A stretch of DNA of 64,000 nt from an uncultured virus (IMG/VR IMGVR_UViG_2667527573_000005) (lineage: Duplodnaviria; Heunggongvirae; Uroviricota; Caudoviricetes): positions 1 through 64,000 of the IMG/VR virus record IMGVR_UViG_2667527573_000005. The stretch is one strand, 5' to 3'. The notes beneath the pieces were generated by a model that was not told the origin of the DNA, did not search any database, and saw only the letters and a list, made by a program, of their open reading frames with translations. Position 1 is the first letter of the stretch. Each line of letters begins with the position of its first letter. This document shows positions 39,515 to 49,989 of the stretch, one piece after another. The translations under genes and the position numbers were made by a program.

Positions 39515-41038
39515 TCATCCTGCTTTTATATTCAATTTTTCAACTGTAATTAATTCGTTATCAATATTTGTTGTAAAACAATCTTCTGTTCTCATGATAT
39601 CCATGTTTATGTATGTAAAAATCTTAAGCTTATCATGCTTATTTCCACGATTCTTAAACACGTGTACAACAAAATTAGGTTCCTTATATCCAAAGCCATT
39701 CTTCATTATGTCTGCAGCAGCTTCTTTTTCCTTTTTGCTTAATGGAAGAATAATCATCGCTACGTCAGTTTTATCAGCAATAGCCTTACTCCCTCTTAAA
39801 TAGTTAGCATCAATTTGTAGTCCTTTTAGCCAAGCGTCTTTCCAATCACCATTTAACTGCGTTGCACTCATCATAAAAACATCATATTTATTACATAAAG
39901 CCTTTAACTTATCGGCCATGAGCAGTAAAATTTGATCTTCTCTTAAGCTAATTCCACTATTTCTACTCATTTCTGAAAAGATAGTTACAGAGGAATGGAT
40001 ATAATCAAAATAAACATAGCCAACATTGTGTTTTCTGACGTTTTTCTCAATAGTCTCTTCTATTTCTTTGATATTGAAATCCGGTAAATGTTCGAACCAA
40101 ATAGGTGATTCCTCTAATATATCTGCCGCCTTTCTAATTCTTTCTTCTTCAGACTCTGTAACAGAATTTTGAAGTATTTTCTCTTCTGGTACACCTGAGA
40201 TATATGCTATTGCGATACTTTGTAGTTCCTCAGGTACCATTTCCGTTGAAATTACAGATGCATTCTCTCTAAAAAGGTTATCTTCCCATTGTTTTTCTTT
40301 GATGTTGTAAATTTTGGTTGCGCCTAAGAAACAGGCATCTGCAACCATGTTTCTTGTCTTACCTCCTCCAGTAGTACCGGATCTCAAATAAAATTTTTTC
40401 CTCCGAGATCCCCTAAAAATCGATGTTTGAATTTCACTGTTCAAAGGTACACCAATATCTGGTGAGAGCTTTAATCTATCTAAAAACTGATGAGCACCCT
40501 CTCCAGCCTGAATACCTTTGCTTTGACTATTTGTTTTGAATTTATCTTTTACTTCAATAATCTTCATTTCGTAATGTGAAAGTATTTCTTCTATTGACTT
40601 CTTATCAAAACGTTCCTGCATAGCCTCTTGTTCTCTAGGATCAATTATTGTGTGGTCATAAATTTCCCTAACGTCAAACCCAAGTCCGTGCATTTCTCTG
40701 ATCAAACTAAACTTTTTTAAACGGTTATAATAAAACTCAAAATTTTCAACTTCCGCCAAATTCTGTATTGTTTGAATATAATTTATACCGTCATTATCAT
40801 TAAAAACTTTGTACTGAATTCCATAGTTTTTTAGATATCCATCAATCTCTACTTCATTTATAACCTCTGTTCCTTGATTAAATAAGTTATACATTGCAGC
40901 AAAGAGAATGGAATGAAATCTTTCGGGAAAATCGGTCTTTGATAAGGTATATCCGTTACTTTCAGATAAGAGTGAGGGTTCCTTCAATATGCTCCCCAAC
41001 ACTTGGATAATTGCTTTTTTATCTTGTAACAAGAACAA
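39515..41038 (-). CDS. yorI: DnaB-like replicative helicase
   Basis: TGGGKT, ISTEM, FDYI, ATQLN, KNR. Confidence 0.92.
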   Translation of the reverse strand: MFLLQDKKAIIQVLGSILKEPSLLSESNGYTLSKTDFPERFHSILFAAMYNLFNQGTEVINEVEIDGYLKNYGIQYKVFNDNDGINYIQTIQNLAEVENFEFYYNRLKKFSLIREMHGLGFDVREIYDHTIIDPREQEAMQERFDKKSIEEILSHYEMKIIEVKDKFKTNSQSKGIQAGEGAHQFLDRLKLSPDIGVPLNSEIQTSIFRGSRRKKFYLRSGTTGGGKTRNMVADACFLGATKIYNIKEKQWEDNLFRENASVISTEMVPEELQSIAIAYISGVPEEKILQNSVTESEEERIRKAADILEESPIWFEHLPDFNIKEIEETIEKNVRKHNVGYVYFDYIHSSVTIFSEMSRNSGISLREDQILLLMADKLKALCNKYDVFMMSATQLNGDWKDAWLKGLQIDANYLRGSKAIADKTDVAMIILPLSKKEKEAAADIMKNGFGYKEPNFVVHVFKNRGNKHDKLKIFTYINMDIMRTEDCFTTNIDNELITVEKLNIKAG

Positions 41039-41046
41039 TCTCCTCT

Positions 41047-41517
41047 CTATAAGCTGCTAATGTCAAATGTTTTTTTATTAGGTATTTCATTCAGTTTTAT
41101 TGTGACTTCTCTAACAGGTCTCTGATGAAGAAGTTTATCCTCAGCTATTTTTTTTGCTTTTTGTCTAGCAATATAGTGCCTTTTAGCTTCTTCATAAATA
41201 TAAGGTACTATGTCTAAGTCTCCATCTTGCCTCACAGGATGTCCTAACGTCTCATGAAAGTATTCTAAAGACAAGCGCATCCCTTCGACTTTTAAATTAT
41301 ATTCTTTTTCATACTGTTTAATTTGTTTCAGCATTTTTCCTGTTGGAGCTTTGATTCCGTAAAGTCTGCACAGATACCTAATAAGTTCCTTTCTTGGATT
41401 TACTTTTGATCTCCACTCTTTGTAACAACTCTCATGATAGTATCCTTTGCCATGTTTAACACTAATGTCTTTATCAAAGCGTATATCACAATATTGACAT
41501 TTAACTTGTCTACCCAA
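41047..41517 (-). CDS. yorH: YorH-like Zn-finger protein (possible helicase loader)
   Basis: CQYC...YHESC; 156 aa; synteny. Confidence 0.75.
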   Translation of the reverse strand: MGRQVKCQYCDIRFDKDISVKHGKGYYHESCYKEWRSKVNPRKELIRYLCRLYGIKAPTGKMLKQIKQYEKEYNLKVEGMRLSLEYFHETLGHPVRQDGDLDIVPYIYEEAKRHYIARQKAKKIAEDKLLHQRPVREVTIKLNEIPNKKTFDISSL

Positions 41518-41558
41518 TTAATCACCCCTAATAAGGAGGAGGGGATACTCCCCCCTGT

Positions 41559-42530
41559 TTATTCAGATAGAAGGTCTTTTAGATCATCTAGAATTACAGA
41601 CATTACACCTACTTGCTTACGGCTGCACTCAGTAACTTTTACACCCTTACCTAAATGTTTTTCTGTAATCTCATTAACTTCTTCTAAACGACCTTCTTCA
41701 TTAAGCTTCATGCCAATTTCTTTAATTTGATCCATTAATGAGTTGAAATCAAGTTCTTCTGAAGCGTTGTTTTGTTTTTGCTCTTCGTATGTAACAGCAA
41801 CAATTCCTTCTGCTTGCTCCTGTCTCTCGACTGCTTCAATAATTGCTTTTTCTAAGTTTTCTGCAGTAAATTCAGGTAAGTATGTGTCAATGTAATCAAA
41901 TCGGCTACGAGCAAAATGCTCTTCAGTTTCAGCTAACCAAGCACTTGATTTGATTACTTTTCTATCTTCATCAACACCATTAGAACTTAGATAGAGAACA
42001 ATATCACTGTTATCAATTACTGGAGCTAAAACTCGTTTATCCCCCTTAGGATATACTTTACCTTTTTTGTCTTCAGCAGCATGAGCAATAAAGATAACAG
42101 TAAATCCTACACCAATTAATTTATTGATTTCTTCCCATACTTCAGTTTCATACTCTTTCCAAAGGCCAAACCCATCATTACCATCTTTAATCCGTTCTAC
42201 ATCATATTGCTCACATACGTATCTAGTTGCATATTTAGCAAAAGCGTCTACTTCATCAACAATGATTGTCTGATACATTTCTTTGGCCTTTTCAGCATTT
42301 TTAGTTAACTGTTTGTTTACCTTTTTAAAATCAGCCCAACTATTGATAGGCATGAATTGTACGCCTGCGATTGCATTTAATCCTTTTTCGAATGGCAGAT
42401 ACAAAGGTTTCTTCATCCGAGTGCTTTGCTTAGTTTTACCTAAGTTGTTAGAACCGTAGATTGTGATAACTTTTCCTTCTAATCCTTTTGCTACTACAGA
42501 AACTTGAGGGTTGAAAATATCGATTGCCAT
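41559..42530 (-). CDS. yorG: AAA/Sak4-like ATPase
   Basis: YGSNNLGKT, IIVDE, FIAH. Confidence 0.88.
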   Translation of the reverse strand: MAIDIFNPQVSVVAKGLEGKVITIYGSNNLGKTKQSTRMKKPLYLPFEKGLNAIAGVQFMPINSWADFKKVNKQLTKNAEKAKEMYQTIIVDEVDAFAKYATRYVCEQYDVERIKDGNDGFGLWKEYETEVWEEINKLIGVGFTVIFIAHAAEDKKGKVYPKGDKRVLAPVIDNSDIVLYLSSNGVDEDRKVIKSSAWLAETEEHFARSRFDYIDTYLPEFTAENLEKAIIEAVERQEQAEGIVAVTYEEQKQNNASEELDFNSLMDQIKEIGMKLNEEGRLEEVNEITEKHLGKGVKVTECSRKQVGVMSVILDDLKDLLSE

Positions 42531-42613
42531 TAGAACTCTCCTTTAATTTTGGAATTTGTTGGGTGAGTCGAAGCTCACCCCAGTTATGTATTAGAATAAC
42601 GATTTATTTGTTT

Positions 42614-43528
42614 TTAAAAAGGTAGATCATCATCTGAAATTTCAACCGGCTTTGAAGGCTTGTTATTAGGAGCACTTCCACCAAAACCAGATTTTTTATT
42701 GTTTTCATTGCTGCTTTCGTTCTTAAGTCCTTCTAGATAAGTCTCCCTTTCAGTCAATGCTTTTTTAATTACTTCTGGATTAAAAGCATTTTTACTATCT
42801 TCATCATAAGGATCGTTACCCCCTGTAACTAGATACTCTCTTTTTGTAATTGAAGTGATTTCTTTTTTGTCTTCTCCAAATGCAGCAGTTTTGGTTGTTA
42901 CTTTTTGTTCTTTATAATTAATGATCTTCCCAAAAACGTTAACCGTAGATCCTTTTTCATAATTGTTTTCAACATATTGAGAACCTTCCTTAGTCACTAC
43001 AAATGTAAAAGGAATGACTTTCCCGCCATACAAAGGGATATAACCATTTAAATTAACTCTCCCTGTTTCTTCACCTTTAACTTTTTCTTCAGTTACATTT
43101 TTAACAAACAGTTCAACATCAAATTCAGCTTTAGGATTAAATTCTTCATTAGCATCCAGTCTGTTTACAAAGTTAGTGGTTAACTGTGGGTACGCCTTTA
43201 AAATCCCTTGAGAGTAATATTCGTTTAATCCAATCTTCCCTTGGGTGATTCTCACTTTATCAGCTTGTTCTCTCCCATGTTCTGCAATGGACTTATAATC
43301 ACTTATGATAGTTTGATACCCTTTTGCAATAGCATTATCTGTGCCATCAGCTTTCTTATATTTCGAAAATCCTTTCACTGTATGTACTTCGTTTGGCGCA
43401 ACTTCAATGTCTAATTCAATATTTAATCCATTTCCATTTTTCCATTCAGTGTGTCGTACTTCAGCTAAAGTTCCTTCAATTGTTACAATGTTATCTGCTT
43501 CGCGTAATACCGTTTTGTTTTCTGCCAT
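42614..43528 (-). CDS. yorF: OB-fold single-stranded DNA-binding-like protein
   Basis: Acidic C-terminal tail DDDLPF; 304 aa. Confidence 0.82.
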   Translation of the reverse strand: MAENKTVLREADNIVTIEGTLAEVRHTEWKNGNGLNIELDIEVAPNEVHTVKGFSKYKKADGTDNAIAKGYQTIISDYKSIAEHGREQADKVRITQGKIGLNEYYSQGILKAYPQLTTNFVNRLDANEEFNPKAEFDVELFVKNVTEEKVKGEETGRVNLNGYIPLYGGKVIPFTFVVTKEGSQYVENNYEKGSTVNVFGKIINYKEQKVTTKTAAFGEDKKEITSITKREYLVTGGNDPYDEDSKNAFNPEVIKKALTERETYLEGLKNESSNENNKKSGFGGSAPNNKPSKPVEISDDDLPF

Positions 43529-43546
43529 GTAAATAATCAGCCTCTT

Positions 43547-43927
43547 TCATTTATTAATTTTATTTTTATTCTTATTATTTCTATAATTAGACTTGCTGCT
43601 AAACTTACAATCTCTAATACCAAGTAGTTTGTTTAGCTCTATGTATCTCTTTTTAGGAAAATTCCAAGGCTCTGGATCGCCTTTAATGTTTCTTACTTTA
43701 ATGATCGTATTATGTCTTACAGTGATCTTTAGATTTCCATATGAATATGTCTTTGAAATAAAACCTTTCTTAATTCCTTCGGGCCTAAATTCCTTTACCA
43801 ACATTACATTCCTTGTTAATTTTCTTCTAGCCTGGTCTTCTTCGATGTCATAATTCCTTTTAACATCATTTCTATAGGCTTCAATTGCAGCTGGTTTAAT
43901 TTTTAATATCTTCAATTCCTTTTTCAC
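43547..43927 (-). CDS. yorE: YorE-like basic protein
   Basis: First gene of the replication operon; AGGAGG RBS. Confidence 0.7.
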   Translation of the reverse strand: MKKELKILKIKPAAIEAYRNDVKRNYDIEEDQARRKLTRNVMLVKEFRPEGIKKGFISKTYSYGNLKITVRHNTIIKVRNIKGDPEPWNFPKKRYIELNKLLGIRDCKFSSKSNYRNNKNKNKINK

Positions 43928-43961
43928 TTTACGACCTCCTTTCTCTCTGTGGGATATTCTT

Positions 43962-44012
43962 ATCTTACATCACCCTCACATTATCGTCAATAGTAATTTT
44001 ATTTTTACTCTA
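43962..44012 (-). promoter_or_regulatory. SigA promoter of the replication operon with upstream repeated element
   Basis: Minus strand AGAGTAAAAATAAAATTACTA-TTGACG-17 nt-TAAGAT (TG extended). Confidence 0.82.
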
Positions 44013-44060
44013 AATAATTTTTAAGAGAAGTTCCGTTCTGAACGGAACACCTGGGCAAAG

Positions 44061-44720
44061 CTATTCATATTTCTTTTTAAGCTCTTTAAAGGTTACTTTC
44101 TTCAAATCGTAATCATCCATTGCAGATGAAGTAGCATTGTCGGTATCCAAAGCCTCTTGTTTATAAGTCTCAAGACTTCCCTTTGGTTCAATAGCCAAAT
44201 CAGACAATTGCTTTACGTTTTTATATATCTCGAGCAGATAATCATAATTATCATCGAACTCAGAAGGATGATTCTTCATCAATTTAATCTGCTTTTCAAT
44301 TGTCTCTTGAGTATCTTCTAAATCAGAAATCTTACCTTCATCTTCATAACCTGCGTAAAGCTGAACTAATGCATCATTAAAATCGCTAACATATGTTCCA
44401 TTTACTTTATGTAGGTCATTAAAAATAACATCATGCCAAGTTGTCTCAACTTCGTTAATTATTTCTTCTGAACTTGCACCTAAAGAAGTCATATCAGTGA
44501 CAAGACTTTCTTCTTTCTTAGAATACGCTTCTAGCTGCTCAAGTTTTTTGTTCTTTTTGTAAACTTGATAGCCATAGATTCCTCCAATTATAAGTGCAAC
44601 CACCGCACAAACTGAAACAATCCAAATAACTTTTTTAGTCTTCTTTGGCTTTTCTAAAGGTAACTCCCCTGTAGCCTCATGATCCATGTTGTTTATCCCC
44701 CTATAGTAAAAAAGAATCAT
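44061..44720 (-). CDS. Membrane-anchored protein with extracellular helical domain
   Basis: KKTKK then hydrophobic VIWIVSVCAVVALIIGGIYGY; acidic coiled coil; likely start near 44687. Confidence 0.75.
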   Translation of the reverse strand: MILFYYRGINNMDHEATGELPLEKPKKTKKVIWIVSVCAVVALIIGGIYGYQVYKKNKKLEQLEAYSKKEESLVTDMTSLGASSEEIINEVETTWHDVIFNDLHKVNGTYVSDFNDALVQLYAGYEDEGKISDLEDTQETIEKQIKLMKNHPSEFDDNYDYLLEIYKNVKQLSDLAIEPKGSLETYKQEALDTDNATSSAMDDYDLKKVTFKELKKKYE

Positions 44721-44967
44721 TAATTCAATAACATATTACCATGAGGGGAAAAACTTAACAATTCCTTTTGAAATTAAAATAAAATGATGATTTTATTGGG
44801 TTATAGATAAAAGAGCCACCTAGTGGCAGCTCCAGAGTTGATCAGCCTCCGACTCTAACTTCCATATTAGCTCATCCCCCAATAATATTAATCACTTTTT
44901 AACCCCCAAAACCATTTTAATACTCTCCCTTAGGATTAAAGAGAATTATATCATGAATTTATAAAAT

Positions 44968-45348
44968 TTACACAATTTCACTCCATAGCCACATATCCAT
45001 TGTTTGCAATGTAAATCCGTCAGGTAGTTGCTTCATTTTGACATTTACATTGTATCTTCTGCCTGTTGTTTTATGTACAATAGCTAGTTCTTCACCATTA
45101 AAGAAACGTACAATGGCCTCATCAAATGCAATTGGCTGATTAACCACATAACCTTCCTTTAAAGCTCTAATAAACAAATAAGGGTCGTTTTTATAAAGCT
45201 CGTAAAGGACATTGGCATATTGTTCGTTTTTGTCTCTAAGTAGTTCAAAATTAATCAACGGTATGTATAAGTCTTTGTCTGATAAATTTAATTTGTTTCT
45301 AAAGTATTTAATTGCTTCATCTTGCTCTTTAGAAATGATGTTTGACAT
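44968..45348 (-). CDS. yorC: YorC protein
   Basis: 126 aa, synteny. Confidence 0.8.
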   Translation of the reverse strand: MSNIISKEQDEAIKYFRNKLNLSDKDLYIPLINFELLRDKNEQYANVLYELYKNDPYLFIRALKEGYVVNQPIAFDEAIVRFFNGEELAIVHKTTGRRYNVNVKMKQLPDGFTLQTMDMWLWSEIV

Positions 45349-45410
45349 TCAGTTAACCCCTTTATTCGTATGATAACTAGGCTAATCTTAGAGACTAGCC
45401 CAGCATTGCC

Positions 45411-45707
45411 TTATAAATATTCTACTAGACCATCATCTTTAGCCCCTTCTGCTATTAAACTATATGCAGCCAGAAGATGCTCTTTGATTTTCTTTTTTGT
45501 TTCTTCCCCGAAAGCATCAAAACCAACTTTAACATCGCTTGAGTAATTAATTTTCCTATTCCCTACTTGAACTACATTTTCCTTTTTAATTTCAGCAATA
45601 AAATAAGCATTTGCTAGGTTCTTTCCTAAATACTCCTCTGTTAATGGATCATAATCATCGAAAACCTCATACCGTATTTCTCCGATTCTAAGCTTCTGCT
45701 CACTCAT
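45411..45707 (-). CDS. yorB: YorB protein (DNA-damage inducible)
   Basis: 98 aa, synteny, upstream SOS box. Confidence 0.8.
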   Translation of the reverse strand: MSEQKLRIGEIRYEVFDDYDPLTEEYLGKNLANAYFIAEIKKENVVQVGNRKINYSSDVKVGFDAFGEETKKKIKEHLLAAYSLIAEGAKDDGLVEYL

Positions 45708-45745
45708 ACTCTCATCCCCTGTTTTGAAATTATTGGTACTACTAA

Positions 45746-45781
45746 ATTATATACCAAAACCCATAAAGGGAACAAGTGTTC
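45746..45781 (-). promoter_or_regulatory. SigA promoter overlapped by a LexA (Cheo) box
   Basis: GAAC-AAGT-GTTC at 45770-45781 overlaps -35 TTGTTC; TATAAT 18 nt downstream. Confidence 0.85.
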
Positions 45782-45794
45782 CTGTTGAGATTTT

Positions 45795-46285
45795 TTATTT
45801 ATAATCAATTACTGTATCATCTAAGGCTAATCTAGGTGTGCCGCTGTCGTATGTATTATGTATTAAAGTTGTACTGGAAGCATTAAACGTTGCAAATGGA
45901 TGCGAAAGCACTCTTGCACCAATACCTTGAACATCATTCCTTATTAATCGAACCTTTTTTGTCCCGTTTAAATATATTCCATAGCCTTGATCTGAATCTC
46001 AGTTAAACATGATTTCATTTCCTCTAACCATATGCTCAGAACCGCCTATTAAGTGGATCGCAATGATTGCTTTGCAATTATATATCTGGTTATCACTTAT
46101 TCTGATATTGTACATATCAGCTGCCCCCATAATTGCAACATTTCTTGGTTCAAATATCTCATTCCTTGTTAGGAAGACTTCTGAATCTTTATCCCAATAT
46201 ATACCGTAACCTTTTCCACTCAATAAGAAATCGTTTAGCTTAATTCTGACTGCTTGAGATCTCTCACAATATAGACCTCCGTAAT
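45795..46285 (-). pseudogene. 3' remnant of yorA-like parallel beta-helix protein
   Basis: GYGIY...NIRISDNQIY...GNEI...GYGIYLNG repeats; no start; internal TGA at 45999. Confidence 0.7.
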
Positions 46286-46376
46286 GTCTTCATAACTAAG
46301 TCCCTTTTGTACAAAATAATTTCTTGCTTCTTCTGAAGTCATTTAAACATCTCCCTATCTGGTTAAAATATCGTTT

Positions 46377-46823
46377 TTATTTAGATTCTAAAAGCTCAGG
46401 ATCTTCGTAAATGTTACCTATGACTTCATAATCTTCTTCACAGTAATTTATATCCCCGATCCAGCATATACCTTTCCCGTTTTCTTCCCCTGTATAATCT
46501 GAATAATAACGGCTATTAATGTTCTCTAAAGTAAATGAGCCATCCCGAAATCCGACTGAAGCAGTAAAGTGTTCTTCTATTTCGTTTCCATCAAAGAACC
46601 AGTGAACACAATGAATAATATCCCCCTCGTAAATCTCCCGGCTGTTCTTATCCTTCAAACCGGTATATTGCATTAAAGGCGATACATTTGAAAACTCGTT
46701 TCTGAAATAACAAGCTAACTCCTCTTCGTCATTATTGAGAAGTTCGTCCCAGTCAATCATTCGTGGAAATTCTTGACCATCTCTTTTCTCTGTATGATAA
46801 GCGCGAAACTTGAATTCCCTCAT
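46377..46823 (-). CDS. YopX family protein
   Basis: MREFKFRAY, LMQYTGLKDKN..EIYEGDII, EVIGNIYEDPELL. Confidence 0.9.
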   Translation of the reverse strand: MREFKFRAYHTEKRDGQEFPRMIDWDELLNNDEEELACYFRNEFSNVSPLMQYTGLKDKNSREIYEGDIIHCVHWFFDGNEIEEHFTASVGFRDGSFTLENINSRYYSDYTGEENGKGICWIGDINYCEEDYEVIGNIYEDPELLESK

Positions 46824-46846
46824 TGTATAGCCTCCATTTGATTTTT

Positions 46847-47119
46847 TTATTTAGATTCTTTCCTTATCCATTTTCTAACCTTCACTTCTTTTAACTCCAC
46901 TTCATAACAATCCACTTGATCTTCATATTCCCAAGGGCTCTCATACTGACTTTCAGTAGCGCCCTTGCTATAGAAAGTTTCAAAAAAGCGACCCTGATAT
47001 GAGAACACACATCTATAGTGAATGCTCCATCTAGACGTGTCAGTGATTTCTTCTAAAATTGAGGATTCCGGCAGTCCCAATTCATTTACCATGTAATCTT
47101 TGTCCAATTTAATTTTCAT
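46847..47119 (-). CDS. Hypothetical phage protein
   Basis: 90 aa, SRWS...GATESQ motif. Confidence 0.75.
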   Translation of the reverse strand: MKIKLDKDYMVNELGLPESSILEEITDTSRWSIHYRCVFSYQGRFFETFYSKGATESQYESPWEYEDQVDCYEVELKEVKVRKWIRKESK

Positions 47120-47996
47120 TTAAAATAACTCCTCTCCCTTTGCAGCATTTACATTCAACTAAAGGCTCGTTGATTTTAGCCATCAGATCATCTAAAAATT
47201 TCTTAATATTACTCTTTAAATCTTCAACGTCCTTACCACTAAAAGGCTCTACAATTGGGTAGCTCTGATAGGCTTTAGGTGCAACATTGTAAATTTCAAC
47301 TTCCCTCTTTGTTTGAAATCTTTTCTCAAGTTTAGGCTTTCTCCGTTTGTACATTGCATTAAGATCCACTACATACTCGTGAGGTTTGTAAAGCTCCAAA
47401 ACTTTGACCACAGTTAAACAGAAATCATAATCACTCGTGATTCTTGCAAACTTAGGGTTTATATTGGCTTTTATATGGTTTCTGATAATCTTATAGCTTT
47501 CTTCTCGGGACAGGTAACACGGCTTTGTTTCAAGAAGCATTGGATGTGTTTGAATTCTATCCAGTAAGTTATAATTCAAGTTAAAATTATGACTTTGTAG
47601 CTTAAGTTCTCCATCAATTTCTTCAATTACGTTCATTTCAAACTCAATTTTTTCATTTTGTTGTGGGACTTCTTCAAATTTCAAATCATATAGACCTTTT
47701 ACTTCGTAGTATTCACTTTCTTCATCTATGTAAGAAACATTAATTACTTGTGGTGTTAAATCAGTTTCCTGGAATCCCTCTTTTAATTCATACCTATGAT
47801 TGATTTTTTTAGCTGGCATTTGCCTTTCAATGACCCTTGGCTCCTTATCTAACTTAAACCAGTCTGACTTATACGTTTCAGTTGCTCGTTTCCCATCGAA
47901 AAGCAATTCATCTAATTGACTATGAAAATATCTCTTGCCCTCAATATTGTCAGACACCAAAAAACAGTTACTTGTTTTAATACCAATTAGCTTCAT
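47109..47996 (-). CDS. yoqZ: YoqZ-like protein
   Basis: MKLIGIKTSNCFLVSDN; C-terminal CKCCKG.G; start after AAGGGG RBS. Confidence 0.75.
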   Translation of the reverse strand: MKLIGIKTSNCFLVSDNIEGKRYFHSQLDELLFDGKRATETYKSDWFKLDKEPRVIERQMPAKKINHRYELKEGFQETDLTPQVINVSYIDEESEYYEVKGLYDLKFEEVPQQNEKIEFEMNVIEEIDGELKLQSHNFNLNYNLLDRIQTHPMLLETKPCYLSREESYKIIRNHIKANINPKFARITSDYDFCLTVVKVLELYKPHEYVVDLNAMYKRRKPKLEKRFQTKREVEIYNVAPKAYQSYPIVEPFSGKDVEDLKSNIKKFLDDLMAKINEPLVECKCCKGRGVILNEN

Positions 47997-48060
47997 CAAA
48001 AATCCCCTTTTTAATTTTATTTTCATCCTTATAAAATCTCTGTTTTATCTAGATTTCTGT

Positions 48061-48285
48061 TTACATACTCCTTCTAATTTTATTTTTATCCAACAAATCA
48101 ATAATGTAAGTCTCATACATGTCATCCCAATAAGGATCTGTTCTCGCTATGTATTTCTTTGTTCTTCCGTTCTCCTCAATCTTAAAGGTTTGTCCCTTTT
48201 GAATATCGGTGAACTTTTTCTTTCTCCATATTCCCCTGATCAACACATCAACTTCTTTAACCTCAACTGTTTGCTGCAGCATCAC
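48061..48285 (-). CDS. YoqX-like protein
   Basis: 74 aa, AGGAGG RBS, synteny. Confidence 0.7.
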   Translation of the reverse strand: MMLQQTVEVKEVDVLIRGIWRKKKFTDIQKGQTFKIEENGRTKKYIARTDPYWDDMYETYIIDLLDKNKIRRSM

Positions 48286-48352
48286 ATTCCTCCTTTTTGA
48301 TTTTCATGTACCAAGCCTGTACAATATTCAAAAACCCTAAAGGATGATGAAC

Positions 48353-49027
48353 ATGTGTGGCAGGTTCACTTTATTTTCTGAGTTTGATGACATCATTGAG
48401 CAATTCAATATAGATCAATTCTTACCCGAAGATGAATATCACCCAAGCTATAATGTCGCTCCTTCACAAAATATCTTGACAATAATCAACGATGGCTCTA
48501 ATAACCGTCTTGGTAAACTTAGATGGGGTCTCATTCCTCCTTGGGCAAAAGATGAGAAGATCGGTTATAAAATGATCAACGCTCGAGCTGAAACATTGGC
48601 TGAGAAACCAAGTTTTCGAAAGCCGCTCGTCAGCAAACGTTGTATCATACCCGCTGACAGTTTTTATGAATGGAAACGCCTAGATCCAAAGACTAAGATT
48701 CCTATGCGGATTAAGCTTAAATCATCTAATCTCTTTGCTTTTGCCGGCTTATATGAAAAGTGGAGCACGCCAGAAGGGAATCCTTTGTACACTTGCACAA
48801 TCATCACAACAAAGCCTAATGAGCTTATGGAAGACATTCATGATCGGATGCCAGTTATCCTTACTGATGAGAACGAAAAGGAATGGCTTAACCCTAAAAA
48901 TACTGATCCTGATTATCTACAAAGCTTACTGCAACCATATGATGCTGATGACATGGAAGCATACCAGGTTTCATCTTTAGTGAATTCACCTAAAAACAAT
49001 TCACCTGAGCTTATTGAATCCCATTAA
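48353..49027 (+). CDS. yoqW: SRAP family abasic-site protection protein
   Basis: N-terminal MCGRF, YNVAP, INARAET, HDRMP. Confidence 0.95.
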   Translation: MCGRFTLFSEFDDIIEQFNIDQFLPEDEYHPSYNVAPSQNILTIINDGSNNRLGKLRWGLIPPWAKDEKIGYKMINARAETLAEKPSFRKPLVSKRCIIPADSFYEWKRLDPKTKIPMRIKLKSSNLFAFAGLYEKWSTPEGNPLYTCTIITTKPNELMEDIHDRMPVILTDENEKEWLNPKNTDPDYLQSLLQPYDADDMEAYQVSSLVNSPKNNSPELIESH

Positions 49028-49096
49028 GTACCACTGCCATATCGCTTTATATATCACCTTCGCTTAGCTAATATGTTCTAAGTAGGAGGTGATATT

Positions 49097-49909
49097 TTGT
49101 TTGTATCGCCAATGCTATTGCATTCAATAAAAGAGCCTTTTAACGACGAGAACTATATCACTGAGCTCAAATTTGATGGAATCAGACTCATCCTTTCTAA
49201 ATTTGATAATCAGATTAAGCTATACACTCGTCACAACAACGAAGTAACAAGTAAGTTCCCAGAACTCATGGACTTAGATATTCCAGATGGAACAGTGCTC
49301 GATGGTGAAATTATTGTAGCTGCCCCAGGCGGTGCTCCTGACTTTGAAGCTGTAATGGAACGTTTCATGTCCAAAAAATCAGCTCATAAGATTGTTTACT
49401 GTGTCTTTGATGTTATTTACAAAGACGGTCAGTCAATAGCAGCTAAGCCGCTCACTGAGCGTAAGACAGTTCTGAACTCACTTGAACTGAATCATCCAAA
49501 TGTTTATGTTATCGAAGGAATTCAAGGTAACGGTCTTGCTTACTTCAACCTGGCCAAAGAAAAGAATTTAGAGGGAATCGTAATCAAGAAAGCGGACTCC
49601 TCTTATGAGATCAATAAACGTTCGCATAATTGGCTGAAAGTGATCAATTACGATTACACCGAAGTTCTTATTACCGGCTACACCAAAAAGGATATAAAAT
49701 TCCTTCTATCCTATCCTGATGGAACTGCAGCTGGATTTATGGAATTCATGCCCAATGCAGAACGTGGCAAATTTCATTCTATGAAACAAGTAAAGTCTGA
49801 ATCTGATGAATATGTATTTATTGAGCCTATATTATGTAAGGTTAAGCACAGATTTAAGACTAAGCACGGCAAACTCCGCATACCTTCCTTCGAATCCTGG
49901 AGAGTATAA
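49097..49909 (+). CDS. ligB: ATP-dependent DNA ligase
   Basis: ELKFDGIR, LDGEI, FDV, EGIVIK, WLK. Confidence 0.95.
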   Translation: MFVSPMLLHSIKEPFNDENYITELKFDGIRLILSKFDNQIKLYTRHNNEVTSKFPELMDLDIPDGTVLDGEIIVAAPGGAPDFEAVMERFMSKKSAHKIVYCVFDVIYKDGQSIAAKPLTERKTVLNSLELNHPNVYVIEGIQGNGLAYFNLAKEKNLEGIVIKKADSSYEINKRSHNWLKVINYDYTEVLITGYTKKDIKFLLSYPDGTAAGFMEFMPNAERGKFHSMKQVKSESDEYVFIEPILCKVKHRFKTKHGKLRIPSFESWRV

Positions 49910-49989
49910 TCTCTCCGTTACATAATTCCTTAGAGCCTTTTTCATAACAAAATAAATTTAAATTTTATTACATTAACACTAAGTTAGTT

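Noticed and set aside
32703..41038. Inteins or introns in DnaE or the helicase
   Set aside because: ORFs are continuous, of expected length, with no splicing motifs
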